A stretch of 64,000 nt of DNA, from contig OZ245817.1 in NCBI GenBank assembly GCA_965228475.1, positions 4,736,001 through 4,800,000 on the forward strand, read 5' to 3'. A program made the position numbers and the translations under genes. A model generated the notes under the pieces. That model made no database searches and was not told the DNA's origin. It was given only the letters and a program-made list of their open reading frames with translations. Positions 42,837-51,364 of the stretch are shown here, one piece after another; position 1 is the stretch's first letter; every line of letters begins with the position of its first letter. This stretch comes from Myxococcota bacterium (GTDB lineage Bacteria > Myxococcota_A > UBA9160 > JAFDDA01).

Positions 42837-43885
42837 AACCCGATCACCTCTCTCCGTAGATGGTCTGCCTGCTCCGTACCCCTTCGGGGATCGCTGCGTA
42901 GATCGACGTAGAGACGAAACTTGTTGACCAGACAGAGATTGTTGGTCAGCTCGCGAAAAGCGAGAGGTGCGTCGTGCCTAGATTGAAGGAATGTGACGTT
43001 CTGACCTTCGGTGACTGGCCTGGCACCAGTCACTTCGTGCAACTCTTCAACAGCCGCTGTTGCTCCTACCCAGACCTCGATGACAGGTACCGCAGTAATG
43101 AACGGAGCGATCAAGGTCCCGGCCGCAGCGCCTGTAAGCGCATACTCGATATGGCCTCTTGTGAGACGTTCGGCTAGCTCCTGGATCACCCGCTGGGGTG
43201 TCTGCTCGAGGAGATAGGCTGGGGTCCGAGTTGGTCGATCCGCGTTCTCCTCTGCCCAGAGATCGAGGAGCGCGGCCGGGTTGGCGAGGCGCCGAACTCT
43301 CTTTGGCCCCGCGCCTTCCGTGGCGACGATCTCCTCGAGTTCCAGGCGGGTGAGTACGCGGTGCGCAAGCGCGGCCGACGTTTGCGCCTTGTCCGCAAGG
43401 TCTGCGACCTGCCAGTCACGATCCGGTTGCAGCAGCAATGCCTGGGCAACGATCCCAGCCTTTCCTCGCAAACGTGTCGGCCGTACCGCGGCAGCGTGCT
43501 TCGACGGCTTGCGCCGACCTGCGAGGTGGTAAACGAGGCCGGGCAGCTCAATGTGGGCGTTGCCCAGGCCGTCGATCAATGCGACGCCATGCTCCTTCAG
43601 AATTTCCCGCGCCGCGGTCGTGGTCTCGCCAGCGACGAGGAGCAGCGGCAAATCCGGTCGCTCGTGCGCAATATGTACGAGCTGCCAAGCGGTCGCGGTG
43701 TTCGCTCGCTGCTTGAACTCAACAGCAACCGCTGTCTGAGTCCCGGCGTATCGCACGATGGCATCAACGCGCCGATCGGGGTCGGGCGGCTCGGCGACGA
43801 CCGTGAGGCCGGGGACCTCGCGGAGGATTCGGAGCGCCTCAGCTTCAAAGGCTCCGGTGATATTTACCATTTCTCTTTTATTCAC
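42833..43885 (-). CDS. AbiEi-like type IV TA antitoxin/regulator (alternative start ATG 43870)
   Basis: Central wHTH, LLDLWAE, YALTGAAA, LYVDLRSDPRRGTEQADHLR. Confidence 0.78.
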   Translation of the reverse strand: MNKREMVNITGAFEAEALRILREVPGLTVVAEPPDPDRRVDAIVRYAGTQTAVAVEFKQRANTATAWQLVHIAHERPDLPLLLVAGETTTAAREILKEHGVALIDGLGNAHIELPGLVYHLAGRRKPSKHAAAVRPTRLRGKAGIVAQALLLQPDRDWQVADLADKAQTSAALAHRVLTRLELEEIVATEGAGPKRVRRLANPAALLDLWAEENADRPTRTPAYLLEQTPQRVIQELAERLTRGHIEYALTGAAAGTLIAPFITAVPVIEVWVGATAAVEELHEVTGARPVTEGQNVTFLQSRHDAPLAFRELTNNLCLVNKFRLYVDLRSDPRRGTEQADHLRREVIGF

Positions 43886-43919
43886 CGCACCGGTAAATAT
43901 AGGTATTTCGGTAAATATA
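43860..43919. promoter_or_regulatory. Putative autoregulatory operator repeats of the TA operon
   Basis: CGGTAAATATA at 43891-43901 and 43909-43919; inverted core ATATTTACC at 43860-43868. Confidence 0.6.
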
Positions 43920-44059
43920 TCCAGAAGGCTTAGCCCGCAGCTTGACCCCCCAACTAAGAAAATTTTCCCTTTTATTTCAGATAGTTACTACCCCGATTCG
44001 CACACAGCCAGAGGCCGCGTCCTGGAGCACTGCGCCAAGGTCGATGCCTTCGACGGCCC

Positions 44060-44422
44060 CTAAGGGGAGCAACGCCCCCGCGAGTCGTATGCCCAGTCAA
44101 CGCCGCCCCGACGCAGGAAGAAGTGACTCTTGCAGCCAACCGTCCTTCGAATCGACGGGTGAAGGGTGATCGTACCGCTCTTGTGAGGCACCGCGCTCCA
44201 ACGTGGGCGAATTGTGGGCAGGGTGTTGAGCTGGATGAGCTCGCCGCACTCGCACGGGCACAAGAAGCAGACGAACCAAAGATGCCCGCCTTCGCCGACC
44301 AGGTAGAGGGCGCCAGCCTCCGGCTCGTCGGGGATATCGTGAGTGGTGCGGTTGCGGTACGGCGCCGGGCGCCCGCGAAGTTGCTCCCAGGCCCGGGTCA
44401 GCCAGTACAGCAGGCCCTCCAC
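44060..44422 (-). CDS. DUF6527 family protein
   Basis: FLCPCECGELIQL...RPRW...TLHPSI...GCKSHFFLRRGGVDW; TAGTG overlap with the E1 stop. Confidence 0.8.
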   Translation of the reverse strand: MEGLLYWLTRAWEQLRGRPAPYRNRTTHDIPDEPEAGALYLVGEGGHLWFVCFLCPCECGELIQLNTLPTIRPRWSAVPHKSGTITLHPSIRRTVGCKSHFFLRRGGVDWAYDSRGRCSP

Positions 44423-45816
44423 TACTTGCTCTCCTTCTTCGCGCTCAGCATGGGCAGCCCAAGTGGCGGGCTCGAATCGCCTCGGCCGACGCACTTCGCA
44501 AGGGCTGCATCTACCTCGTAGTCGCACTCCGCCTTCACGATCTGGAACAGCCCAGAGTGGGACCACATGAGCGAGGCGAGCTCGGCGTTGTCCTCGAGGC
44601 GAAACGGATGCAGTCGCGCCAGGAAGTCGAGCACGGCGGCTGCGGAGTAGAACATGTTCACGGGCGCCACCGCCGGGCGACCGACCTCGACGCCGGTGAT
44701 GTATTTCTCGTCGCGCTCCGCGGCGAAGGCCTCCGGGTCGGCGCGCTGGAGGTTCGCCGCCCGAAGCTGCTCGCCCGTATACAGGCCGCGAGTGAGCAGG
44801 CTCGAGAGCCCCGGCTGCAGGTAGTGCACCGTGCCGCAGACCTGGTCGATGCCGCCCGCGCCGTCCGCGATCAGCCGGACCCCAACGTCAAAGTAGGGCA
44901 GGGCGTAGAAGGCGGCGAGGCGGTTCAGCAGGTGTCGCCCGTCGATCGAATCGACGCAGCCGAACACTATGTCCACACCGGCTACTGCGGTAAGGGCATG
45001 CGGGTGCTCGAGCTCGTGCGGGATGATCTCCACCTGCGTGCCGAGGCCGAGCGCTTCGACGCGATCGCGGAGCACCTCCACCTTGAGGCGCCCGACGTCG
45101 GCCGCCGTCGCCCCGTCGATGCGGTTCAGGTTCTTCTCCTCGACATCGTCCGGGTCCACGAGCACCAGCTGCCCGATCTCGAGTTTGGAGAGCAGGTCCA
45201 CCACCCAGCTCCCGGTGCCGGACGTACCGACCACCGCCGCGCGGAGCCCGCGGAGCGTGCTGTAGGTGCCGTCGCCGAAGACCTGGGCGTTGCGCTCGCC
45301 GGCGGCGCTCACGGCCGTCTCAAGCGGCGTGGAGATGTGGATGTCGGCGCCAACGATCATGATGGACGAGAGCGGCCCGTGGGTGCCGTCCTCGAAGTGA
45401 GCGCGGGCGATCAGCCGCCGGCCCGGCAGCAGGATGGCGCTCGCGTGCGGCAGCCCATCATCGAGCCATCCATGAATGGACGGGAACAGCGCGTCGTCGG
45501 CCGCGTCGTCCGTGATGCTGAACGCCGCGCAGCCGCTCGGGTGGCTGTGCACCTTGAGGATGGCCATGCTCTCCTTCGTGGCCTCGACCAGCAGGGGCTG
45601 CAAGAACTCGGTCTTCCAGGTGAGGAGGTCCTGCTCGCGGCGCTGATACTGGTCTTCGGGCACTGGCACGACACGGTGCCCGACCAGGCGATGACGGCCG
45701 CCGTGCTCGTGGCGACCGCAGAGCACGACGGCGCCGGCCTCGAGCCCATCCCCGGGGAAGAGCGCCCCTTCGAGCTCGGTGAGCTGCGCTTCGGTGAGCG
45801 TGAGCGATACGTCCAT
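44422..45816 (-). CDS. JAB peptidase-ThiF/E1 adenylyltransferase fusion
   Basis: EAGAVVLCG, KVHSHP..FS..D (JAB); VVGTSGTGS, DPDDVEEKNLNRI, FGCVD (E1); TGATG overlap. Confidence 0.88.
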   Translation of the reverse strand: MDVSLTLTEAQLTELEGALFPGDGLEAGAVVLCGRHEHGGRHRLVGHRVVPVPEDQYQRREQDLLTWKTEFLQPLLVEATKESMAILKVHSHPSGCAAFSITDDAADDALFPSIHGWLDDGLPHASAILLPGRRLIARAHFEDGTHGPLSSIMIVGADIHISTPLETAVSAAGERNAQVFGDGTYSTLRGLRAAVVGTSGTGSWVVDLLSKLEIGQLVLVDPDDVEEKNLNRIDGATAADVGRLKVEVLRDRVEALGLGTQVEIIPHELEHPHALTAVAGVDIVFGCVDSIDGRHLLNRLAAFYALPYFDVGVRLIADGAGGIDQVCGTVHYLQPGLSSLLTRGLYTGEQLRAANLQRADPEAFAAERDEKYITGVEVGRPAVAPVNMFYSAAAVLDFLARLHPFRLEDNAELASLMWSHSGLFQIVKAECDYEVDAALAKCVGRGDSSPPLGLPMLSAKKESK

Positions 45817-46220
45817 CACCTGGGCCTCAAGGCGAACTCGCGCTCGAGCCAGAAGTGCACGAGCGCCAAGTGGGAGCCGACGTCGTCGACGCCGGGCCGC
45901 CAGGGATTTTGACCGGTGCGGTGGCGCGACCAGCGCTGCCACGACTTCCCTTCGAACTGGTCCGCCGAGATCTGCGGGATGGCGACGCCGTCGATGCGCG
46001 CGAGCGCAGGCAGGAAGTAGACCATGTCGATCTGCGTCTCGGGATAGGCGGGCTCGATGCGCAGGTTCAACGTGGCGCGGTCGTGCTTGTAGCCGGGCGG
46101 GATCGGGAAGTCGTGAATGATCAACCGGCCGACGCCCCCGGCGCGCACGGTCTCCCAGGGGAGGCCCTGCGCGTCGAGGAACTCGACGTCTCCTTCGGGA
46201 AGCTCGAACTCACGGCGCAT
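45816..46220 (-). CDS. Prokaryotic E2/UBC-like protein (family E), no cysteine
   Basis: FPIPPGY, YPETQIDMVYF, WQRWSRH, WRPGVD; no Cys in 134 aa. Confidence 0.85.
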   Translation of the reverse strand: MRREFELPEGDVEFLDAQGLPWETVRAGGVGRLIIHDFPIPPGYKHDRATLNLRIEPAYPETQIDMVYFLPALARIDGVAIPQISADQFEGKSWQRWSRHRTGQNPWRPGVDDVGSHLALVHFWLEREFALRPR

Positions 46221-46525
46221 CAGCGCGACCCCTCGGTCTGATCGAGGGGCAGCGTCACGAAGCGCTCAACTCCCTTGCGGGTGAAGTCGACCTTCGTGTC
46301 GGCCAGCACCTGCTGCATCTCCCCGCCGCGAAACTTCTCGAAGAGCTGAAACTCGGCGGGCTTCTTGCCGACGAGCTCGAGGATCTCGGCGCCTGTCAGG
46401 CAGGGTTCGTGCACGACGTGGCGCTCACGATCGATGCGAATGCGGTAGCGGCGGCAGCGCGGAGGAGTGCGATCCTCCTTGGCATACCGTTCCAGGTCGA
46501 CGACTTCGTCGTTGTGCTCGGTCAT
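46220..46525 (-). CDS. Ubiquitin-like (multi-ubiquitin family beta-grasp) protein
   Basis: [45 protein letters not shown]. Confidence 0.85.
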   Translation of the reverse strand: MTEHNDEVVDLERYAKEDRTPPRCRRYRIRIDRERHVVHEPCLTGAEILELVGKKPAEFQLFEKFRGGEMQQVLADTKVDFTRKGVERFVTLPLDQTEGSR

Positions 46526-46566
46526 GAGTGTCTCCTCTGAGATGGAGCGACTTCGGTGTCGCTCTA

Positions 46567-46601
46567 CCCTCTATGCCGGCCTCAGGCCGGTTTCAGGACA
46601 C
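46567..46601 (-). promoter_or_regulatory. Putative promoter for the island sigma-like factor, copy 1 (upstream of Ubl)
   Basis: Minus strand GTGTCC-N16-CCGGCATAGAGGG; boxes and spacing identical to copy 2. Confidence 0.7.
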
Positions 46602-46610
46602 ACGGACGGA

Positions 46611-47546
46611 TCAGTCGAGGGCGGAGAGAACCGAAGCGGCGTCGGGGAGCACCCGCAGGTGACGGCCCAGCGTCAGGACGGCGTAGCGGTTCGAGAACGA
46701 CTCGAAGAGGAACTCGTGGGCTTCGCCGTTGCGGTCCGTGAGGATCGTGGTCTTCTCACCGAGCGGCCCCCCGCGAGCAGGACGGCAGTAGCTGGCGATG
46801 ATCGCGAAGAGCGACTGCTCGGTGGTGCTGCCAAAGCGCTCGCGATACGACGGGGACTCGATCACGTGCTTGCAGGGAGCAGCGGGGTCGAAATCGGCGT
46901 CCGGTCGGTTCGGGTTCCCGCTGATGATCCCCACCATGGGCGTGTCGGCGTGCGCCTCCTCCACGAAGCGCCAAAGCGTCGAGCTCAGCGTGTTCTCAAA
47001 GGTCTTCTTCAGGTCCTGCACGCTGTCGAAGGACACAGGAAGGTCGTTCGCCTCGTCGGAGAACCGGTTGGCAAGGAAGATGAGCTGGCCGGCGGCGTAG
47101 TTCGCCTCAGCCTCCGTCGCATGGCGGCAGGCCGGGTCGAGGTTCTCGACGTCGTCGCCGTAGGCGTATCGGCCGTGCCAGGGGCACATCTGGTGCCCAT
47201 GCTCATGCGCTTCGAGCCATCGATGCTTCAGGGGGTGAACGTCGCCATCGATGAGGATGCGCTTGCGGTCGGGAAGCCAAAGAGCCCGGAGCTCGGCCTT
47301 GCGCACGACATCGAGAAGGAGGCTCGGTCGCAGCGCGAGCTGCTTGCTCGCAACCCGGATGCGGCTGGCCATCTCCTGCAGGGCAGAGTCGTCCGTCGAG
47401 CTGAAGTACTTCAGATCGAGTTCGCGGAGATCTCGCACGTCGGCGAGATCAAGGGGTGGCTCAGGGTTGCCGAGCGCACGAAGCGTCTTTCCGACAATGA
47501 CCTTGATGTCCTCGGCTTCCCGGGCACCGATCGTGAAGTTCTTCAT
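46611..47546 (-). CDS. ImmA/IrrE family zinc metallopeptidase (CapP-like)
   Basis: RWLEAHEHGH (HExxH), EAEANYAAGQLIF, long C-terminal domain. Confidence 0.85.
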   Translation of the reverse strand: MKNFTIGAREAEDIKVIVGKTLRALGNPEPPLDLADVRDLRELDLKYFSSTDDSALQEMASRIRVASKQLALRPSLLLDVVRKAELRALWLPDRKRILIDGDVHPLKHRWLEAHEHGHQMCPWHGRYAYGDDVENLDPACRHATEAEANYAAGQLIFLANRFSDEANDLPVSFDSVQDLKKTFENTLSSTLWRFVEEAHADTPMVGIISGNPNRPDADFDPAAPCKHVIESPSYRERFGSTTEQSLFAIIASYCRPARGGPLGEKTTILTDRNGEAHEFLFESFSNRYAVLTLGRHLRVLPDAASVLSALD

Positions 47547-48136
47547 GTCTCCTCCTCGCCATCCGTGAAGTCGGCGAGCAGGCTGATGAACTGAGAAAGC
47601 TCGCGCCGCTCCTTCCACGAGAGCTTGCCGATGTCGTTGCCGGAGCTCGCGGCGAACTTCGTCACGCCGTCCTCAAGGCGGCGACTACGTCGCTTGACCG
47701 CGCCCGAAAGCACGCCGAGTGATCGCTCCGGCAGCTTGAAATGATTCTCGAGCTGATAGAGCGTGCGCAGGCTTGGCCGGAAGGCGGCATCCATTCGGAT
47801 CTGATGGAGCTCGGCTTCGTCCACCGCGGCCCTGTCCGCCAGCTCTGCAAGGTTCAGCGAGTCACGGCGCATCAGCCGGTCGAGGAGCGTGTTCAGCCCT
47901 TCGTGAAGCTCATGCGCGGGGGCTTCCAGAGTGTCGGCGACGGTCGCTGCCATGTCGACACGCGCGATGGCGCGATCGATGGCGAGCTCCGCTCGTTCCG
48001 CGATGGCCTCCGGGTCCTCCCCGTTGTCGCTCAGCGCCTCATCAATCTCCTCCTCGCTGGCTTCGAACACGAAATCAACGAACGCGTCATGCAGCGAGCG
48101 GGAAGAGTTTCGGGTGCTCTTCTTGCTCTGGGTCAT
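47543..48136 (-). CDS. XRE-like HTH protein with acidic N-terminal region
   Basis: LMRRDSLNLAELADRAAVDEAELHQI...PSLRTLYQL; ATGA overlaps at both ends. Confidence 0.72.
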   Translation of the reverse strand: MTQSKKSTRNSSRSLHDAFVDFVFEASEEEIDEALSDNGEDPEAIAERAELAIDRAIARVDMAATVADTLEAPAHELHEGLNTLLDRLMRRDSLNLAELADRAAVDEAELHQIRMDAAFRPSLRTLYQLENHFKLPERSLGVLSGAVKRRSRRLEDGVTKFAASSGNDIGKLSWKERRELSQFISLLADFTDGEEET

Positions 48137-48747
48137 TCTGCCTCTCCTGCGCCTTCGAACTCTGCGAGCTTTCGAATGGCGCGCTTCCTGACGGTTTCCC
48201 ATCTCTTGTTGTCGAACCCGAGTTCTGCCTTGATCTCGGCAGGCTTGAAGCCTTGCGCTTTGAGCTCGAGCACACCGAGGAGCTCTGGGTCGTCCGCAAG
48301 GAACTCGTTGAGCTTGTTCAGCGAGTCGCGGGCTGCAACCTGCGACTCGCTCGTTGCAGCGGGTGGCGCACCTCCGGGTGACACCGTGTCACCGAGGGGA
48401 GGTGGCCGATCGAGCGCCGTGGCTTCGAGATGTCGCTCGTCGGAGCGCTTGTTCTGCCCAACGGTGTGGCTCGCGATGCTCTTCATCGTCTTCGAGAGGA
48501 ACGTCGCCAACGACACGCCGTCCGGGGGCTGTCGGCGCTCCTCGAGCACCCGAACGACAGCCTCCTGAAGAAGGTCGTCCGGCTCCACGAAACGGGACTG
48601 CAGGCGAAAGTGCCCCCACCAACGCCGTGCAGCGACGAGTAGGCGCTTTCGGTCGGCATTGGTGATCGCGCGGAGCTTGGCAAGCAGCTCTTCGCCGGAT
48701 CCTTCTTCTCTCTCATCTTCCGAATGAACGGTGTCGTCGTCGGCCAA
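48133..48747 (-). CDS. ECF-like sigma70-family factor
   Basis: EPDDLLQEAVVRVLE...FLSKTMKSIASH (region 2-like) and LELKAQGFKPAEIKAELG...RKRAIRKL (region 4-like); GGAGG SD before TTG. Confidence 0.72.
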   Translation of the reverse strand: MADDDTVHSEDEREEGSGEELLAKLRAITNADRKRLLVAARRWWGHFRLQSRFVEPDDLLQEAVVRVLEERRQPPDGVSLATFLSKTMKSIASHTVGQNKRSDERHLEATALDRPPPLGDTVSPGGAPPAATSESQVAARDSLNKLNEFLADDPELLGVLELKAQGFKPAEIKAELGFDNKRWETVRKRAIRKLAEFEGAGEAE

Positions 48748-48797
48748 TCACGGGCCTCCCTTCGGATCGAATCTTCGTGCCCACGTCTGCGGTTCAC

Positions 48798-48832
48798 CCC
48801 TCTATGCCGGGCCCACGAAGGAACCGGGACAC
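48798..48832 (-). promoter_or_regulatory. Putative promoter for the island sigma-like factor, copy 2 (autoregulatory)
   Basis: Minus strand GTGTCC-N16-CCGGCATAGAGGG, 50 nt upstream of the sigma-like gene. Confidence 0.7.
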
Positions 48833-48940
48833 GGGAGGCACTAAAGAACTCGGAAGCCAGTTCCGGTCAAACCCAAGTGCCTGCTTTTTATAAGGAAAAG
48901 GCGGATTGAGGTCGTGTGCGATTCCCGCCACCTCCACCGC

Positions 48941-49918
48941 CTAGCGAACCAGAAAATCCTCGACCTGGATCTCGCTCCCGTAGTCCGCGAAGTCTCCGGC
49001 GGAGCGTTGGTCGCGGAAGTGGGACCAGGGCACGGGCCGGAACTTCGGGGCGTTCGACGGGTCGGCATCGAGGATCGGTTCGCAGACGGTTTCGTAGCGC
49101 GGGTTGTAGAAGAAGGGCGCGCTGAAGCGCTCGCGGTCGCGCCTCGCGAGGACGCGGTGGACGGGGGAGCGATAGCGGTCGTTGCTCCAGACGCGGAGCA
49201 TGTCGCCGAGGTTCACCGTGAACGCCCCCGGGACCGGCTCGACGAGCTCGAACCGGCCGCCCGTCTGGACCTGCAGGCTCGCCACGCGGTCCTGGTAGAG
49301 GATCGTGAGCGCGCCGGCGTCGCTGTGGGGATGGACGCCGAGGTGCCCGTCCTCGGGAAGGGGCGCCGCGTCGGGAGCGGCGGGCGAGTCGCACACGGGG
49401 TAGCGGTTCAGGCGGACGAAGCTCGAGTCGCCCTCGAAGAAGCGCGCGAGCCGGTCGGGGGCGAAGCCGAGACTCACGGACAGCGCGCGCAGCAGGAGCC
49501 GGCCGATCCGGCCGCACTCGGTGTGGTGGCGGAGCAGGGTGGCGCGCAGCTCGGGTTCGCCCGGAGGCCAGCGATTCGTGCCGTCGCTGTGGGCCGGCGC
49601 CGCGCCGCCGGCCGCGGGCTCGGCGCCGTAGTCGAAGACCTCCTTCCAGTCCGGCCGGTTCTTGGTGAGCTCTTCGTCGTAGTAGCCCCAGGCGTTGTCG
49701 CGCGAGCGGCGCACCTGCTGCTTGACCGAAGCCGGCAGCGCGAAGAAAACCCGCATGGCCGCCTCGAACCGGGCGAAATCGTCCTCGGACAGGCCGTGGC
49801 CCACGATGTGGAACACGCCGAGCGACCGGCTCGGGCCTTCGAGCTCCGCGGCGACGCGCTCGAGGGCTCGCGCGTCGCCCGCGTCGAGGCCGCCGATGTC
49901 GATGATCTCGGGGGGCAT
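48941..49918 (-). CDS. 2OG-Fe(II) oxygenase, isopenicillin N synthase family
   Basis: FHIVGHG, HSDAGALTIL, NLGDML, HRV, RFS. Confidence 0.92.
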   Translation of the reverse strand: MPPEIIDIGGLDAGDARALERVAAELEGPSRSLGVFHIVGHGLSEDDFARFEAAMRVFFALPASVKQQVRRSRDNAWGYYDEELTKNRPDWKEVFDYGAEPAAGGAAPAHSDGTNRWPPGEPELRATLLRHHTECGRIGRLLLRALSVSLGFAPDRLARFFEGDSSFVRLNRYPVCDSPAAPDAAPLPEDGHLGVHPHSDAGALTILYQDRVASLQVQTGGRFELVEPVPGAFTVNLGDMLRVWSNDRYRSPVHRVLARRDRERFSAPFFYNPRYETVCEPILDADPSNAPKFRPVPWSHFRDQRSAGDFADYGSEIQVEDFLVR

Positions 49919-50020
49919 GAGCCGTGATCCTACCGCGCGCCGCTCCCGATGCGACGAACGAAGAAGGCCGGACGGGAACCCCCATCCGGCCTCGTGATCT
50001 TCGCGGCTCCGGGCGTGGGC

Positions 50021-50623
50021 TCAGAGCTTGTCGGCCTCGGTCGAGAGGTAGGCGGCCACGCCCTCCGGGTTGGCCTGCATGCCCTTGGCGCCCTGGTTCC
50101 AGCCGGCGGGGCAGACCTCGCCGTTCGCCTCGTGGAACTGCAGCGCGTCGACCATGCGGAGCATCTCGTCGACGTTGCGGCCGAGCGGCAGGTCGTTCAC
50201 GACCTGGTGGCGCACGTTCCCTTCCTTGTCGATCAGGAAGGAGCCGCGCAGCGCCACGCCGTCCGGCGTCTGGACGTCGTAGGCCCGGCAGATCTCCTGC
50301 TTGGTGTCGGCCACCAGCGTGTAGCCGACGGCGCCGATGCCGCCCCTCTCGACCGGCGTGTTGCGCCAGGCGTTGTGGGTGAACTGCGAATCGATGGAGA
50401 CGCCGACCACCTCGACGTCCTTCGACTTGAAGGCATCCATGCGGTGATCGAACGCGATGAGCTCGCTCGGGCAGACGAACGTGAAGTCGAGCGGGTAGAA
50501 GAAGAGGACGGCGTACTTGCCCTTCCGCGCCTCGGAAAACGTGTAGCTGTCGACGATGGAGCCGTCGCCAAGAACGGCGGCCGCGGTGAAGTCCGGTGCA
50601 GGCTGACCTACGAGAACGCTCAT
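50021..50623 (-). CDS. 2-Cys peroxiredoxin (AhpC/TsaA)
   Basis: FFYPLDFTFVCPSE, GEVCPAGW. Confidence 0.95.
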   Translation of the reverse strand: MSVLVGQPAPDFTAAAVLGDGSIVDSYTFSEARKGKYAVLFFYPLDFTFVCPSELIAFDHRMDAFKSKDVEVVGVSIDSQFTHNAWRNTPVERGGIGAVGYTLVADTKQEICRAYDVQTPDGVALRGSFLIDKEGNVRHQVVNDLPLGRNVDEMLRMVDALQFHEANGEVCPAGWNQGAKGMQANPEGVAAYLSTEADKL

Positions 50624-50697
50624 GATCCTTCTCCTTCTTTCGAGACCCGAGGCGGGAGGGTAGCCGGAACCCCACTACCGACCAGGGGTCTCGCGGC

Positions 50698-51252
50698 CTA
50701 CCGCCCGCACCCCCGCAGGAAGGATCGCTTGGCGAGCTGCACCGCCTCCTCGCTCGTGATGCGCTCGCGCTCGAGCAGCGACCATGCGGTGTAGAGCGTC
50801 ATGTCGAAGAACTCGGCGAGCCACTCGGAGGGGACGTCCGGGGCGATCTCGCCCTGCGCCTTCGCGTAGTCCATCAAGGCCAGCGTCTCGCGCCGGGATG
50901 CCTCCATCCTCCGGTGCACCTCGGGGTCGGCTTCCGCTTCGGCCCAGAGGAGGGAGAGGAAGCGGTAGCGGTCGGCGATCGGGATCAGCACCTCGAAGGT
51001 CGCCGCGACGGCGTCGCTCGCGGTGGACTCGTACCGGGGGCGAAGCGCGGCGTCGATCTCGTCGAGGCATCGGAGCGCGATGCCCTGGATGAGCGCTTCC
51101 CGCGATGGGTAGTGTCGATAGAGCGTCGTCCGCCCGACGCCCGAGGCCTTGGCGACCTCCGACATGCCCGCGGACGGATTGCCCAGGAAGGTCCGGATGC
51201 CCGCCTCGAGGATCGCGGCTTCGGACTGGACGACCCGCTGGTCCCTCTTCAT
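50698..51252 (-). CDS. TetR family regulator
   Basis: MSEVAKASGVGRTTLYRHYPSREAL. Confidence 0.9.
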   Translation of the reverse strand: MKRDQRVVQSEAAILEAGIRTFLGNPSAGMSEVAKASGVGRTTLYRHYPSREALIQGIALRCLDEIDAALRPRYESTASDAVAATFEVLIPIADRYRFLSLLWAEAEADPEVHRRMEASRRETLALMDYAKAQGEIAPDVPSEWLAEFFDMTLYTAWSLLERERITSEEAVQLAKRSFLRGCGR

Positions 51253-51284
51253 GGCTCTCCCCTGGCCTCCGAGCCGAGAATAAC

Positions 51285-51335
51285 GGTACACGGTTGTGCC
51301 GAAAACAGGACTCCGTTATGGTACATAAGTGTACC
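51285..51335. promoter_or_regulatory. Two TetR-type operators in the divergent promoter
   Basis: GGTACA-CGGT-TGTGCC (51285-51300) and GGTACA-TAAG-TGTACC (51320-51335). Confidence 0.7.
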
Positions 51336-51364
51336 GTATCTCGCGCCCTGGAGGAGGACCCTCG

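Larger units (their letters stand above)
41602..48938. mobile_element. Defence-type genomic island bounded by tmRNA-3'-end-like direct repeats; no integrase seen
   Basis: CGGTTCCCGCCGCCTCCAC (41613-41631) vs CGATTCCCGCCACCTCCAC (48919-48937), 17/19; visibly lower GC in parts; lies between proB and proA. Confidence 0.72.

Noticed and set aside
48378..48394. Perfect palindrome GGTGACAC-C-GTGTCACC
   Set aside because: Single copy inside the sigma-like coding sequence, with no supporting context
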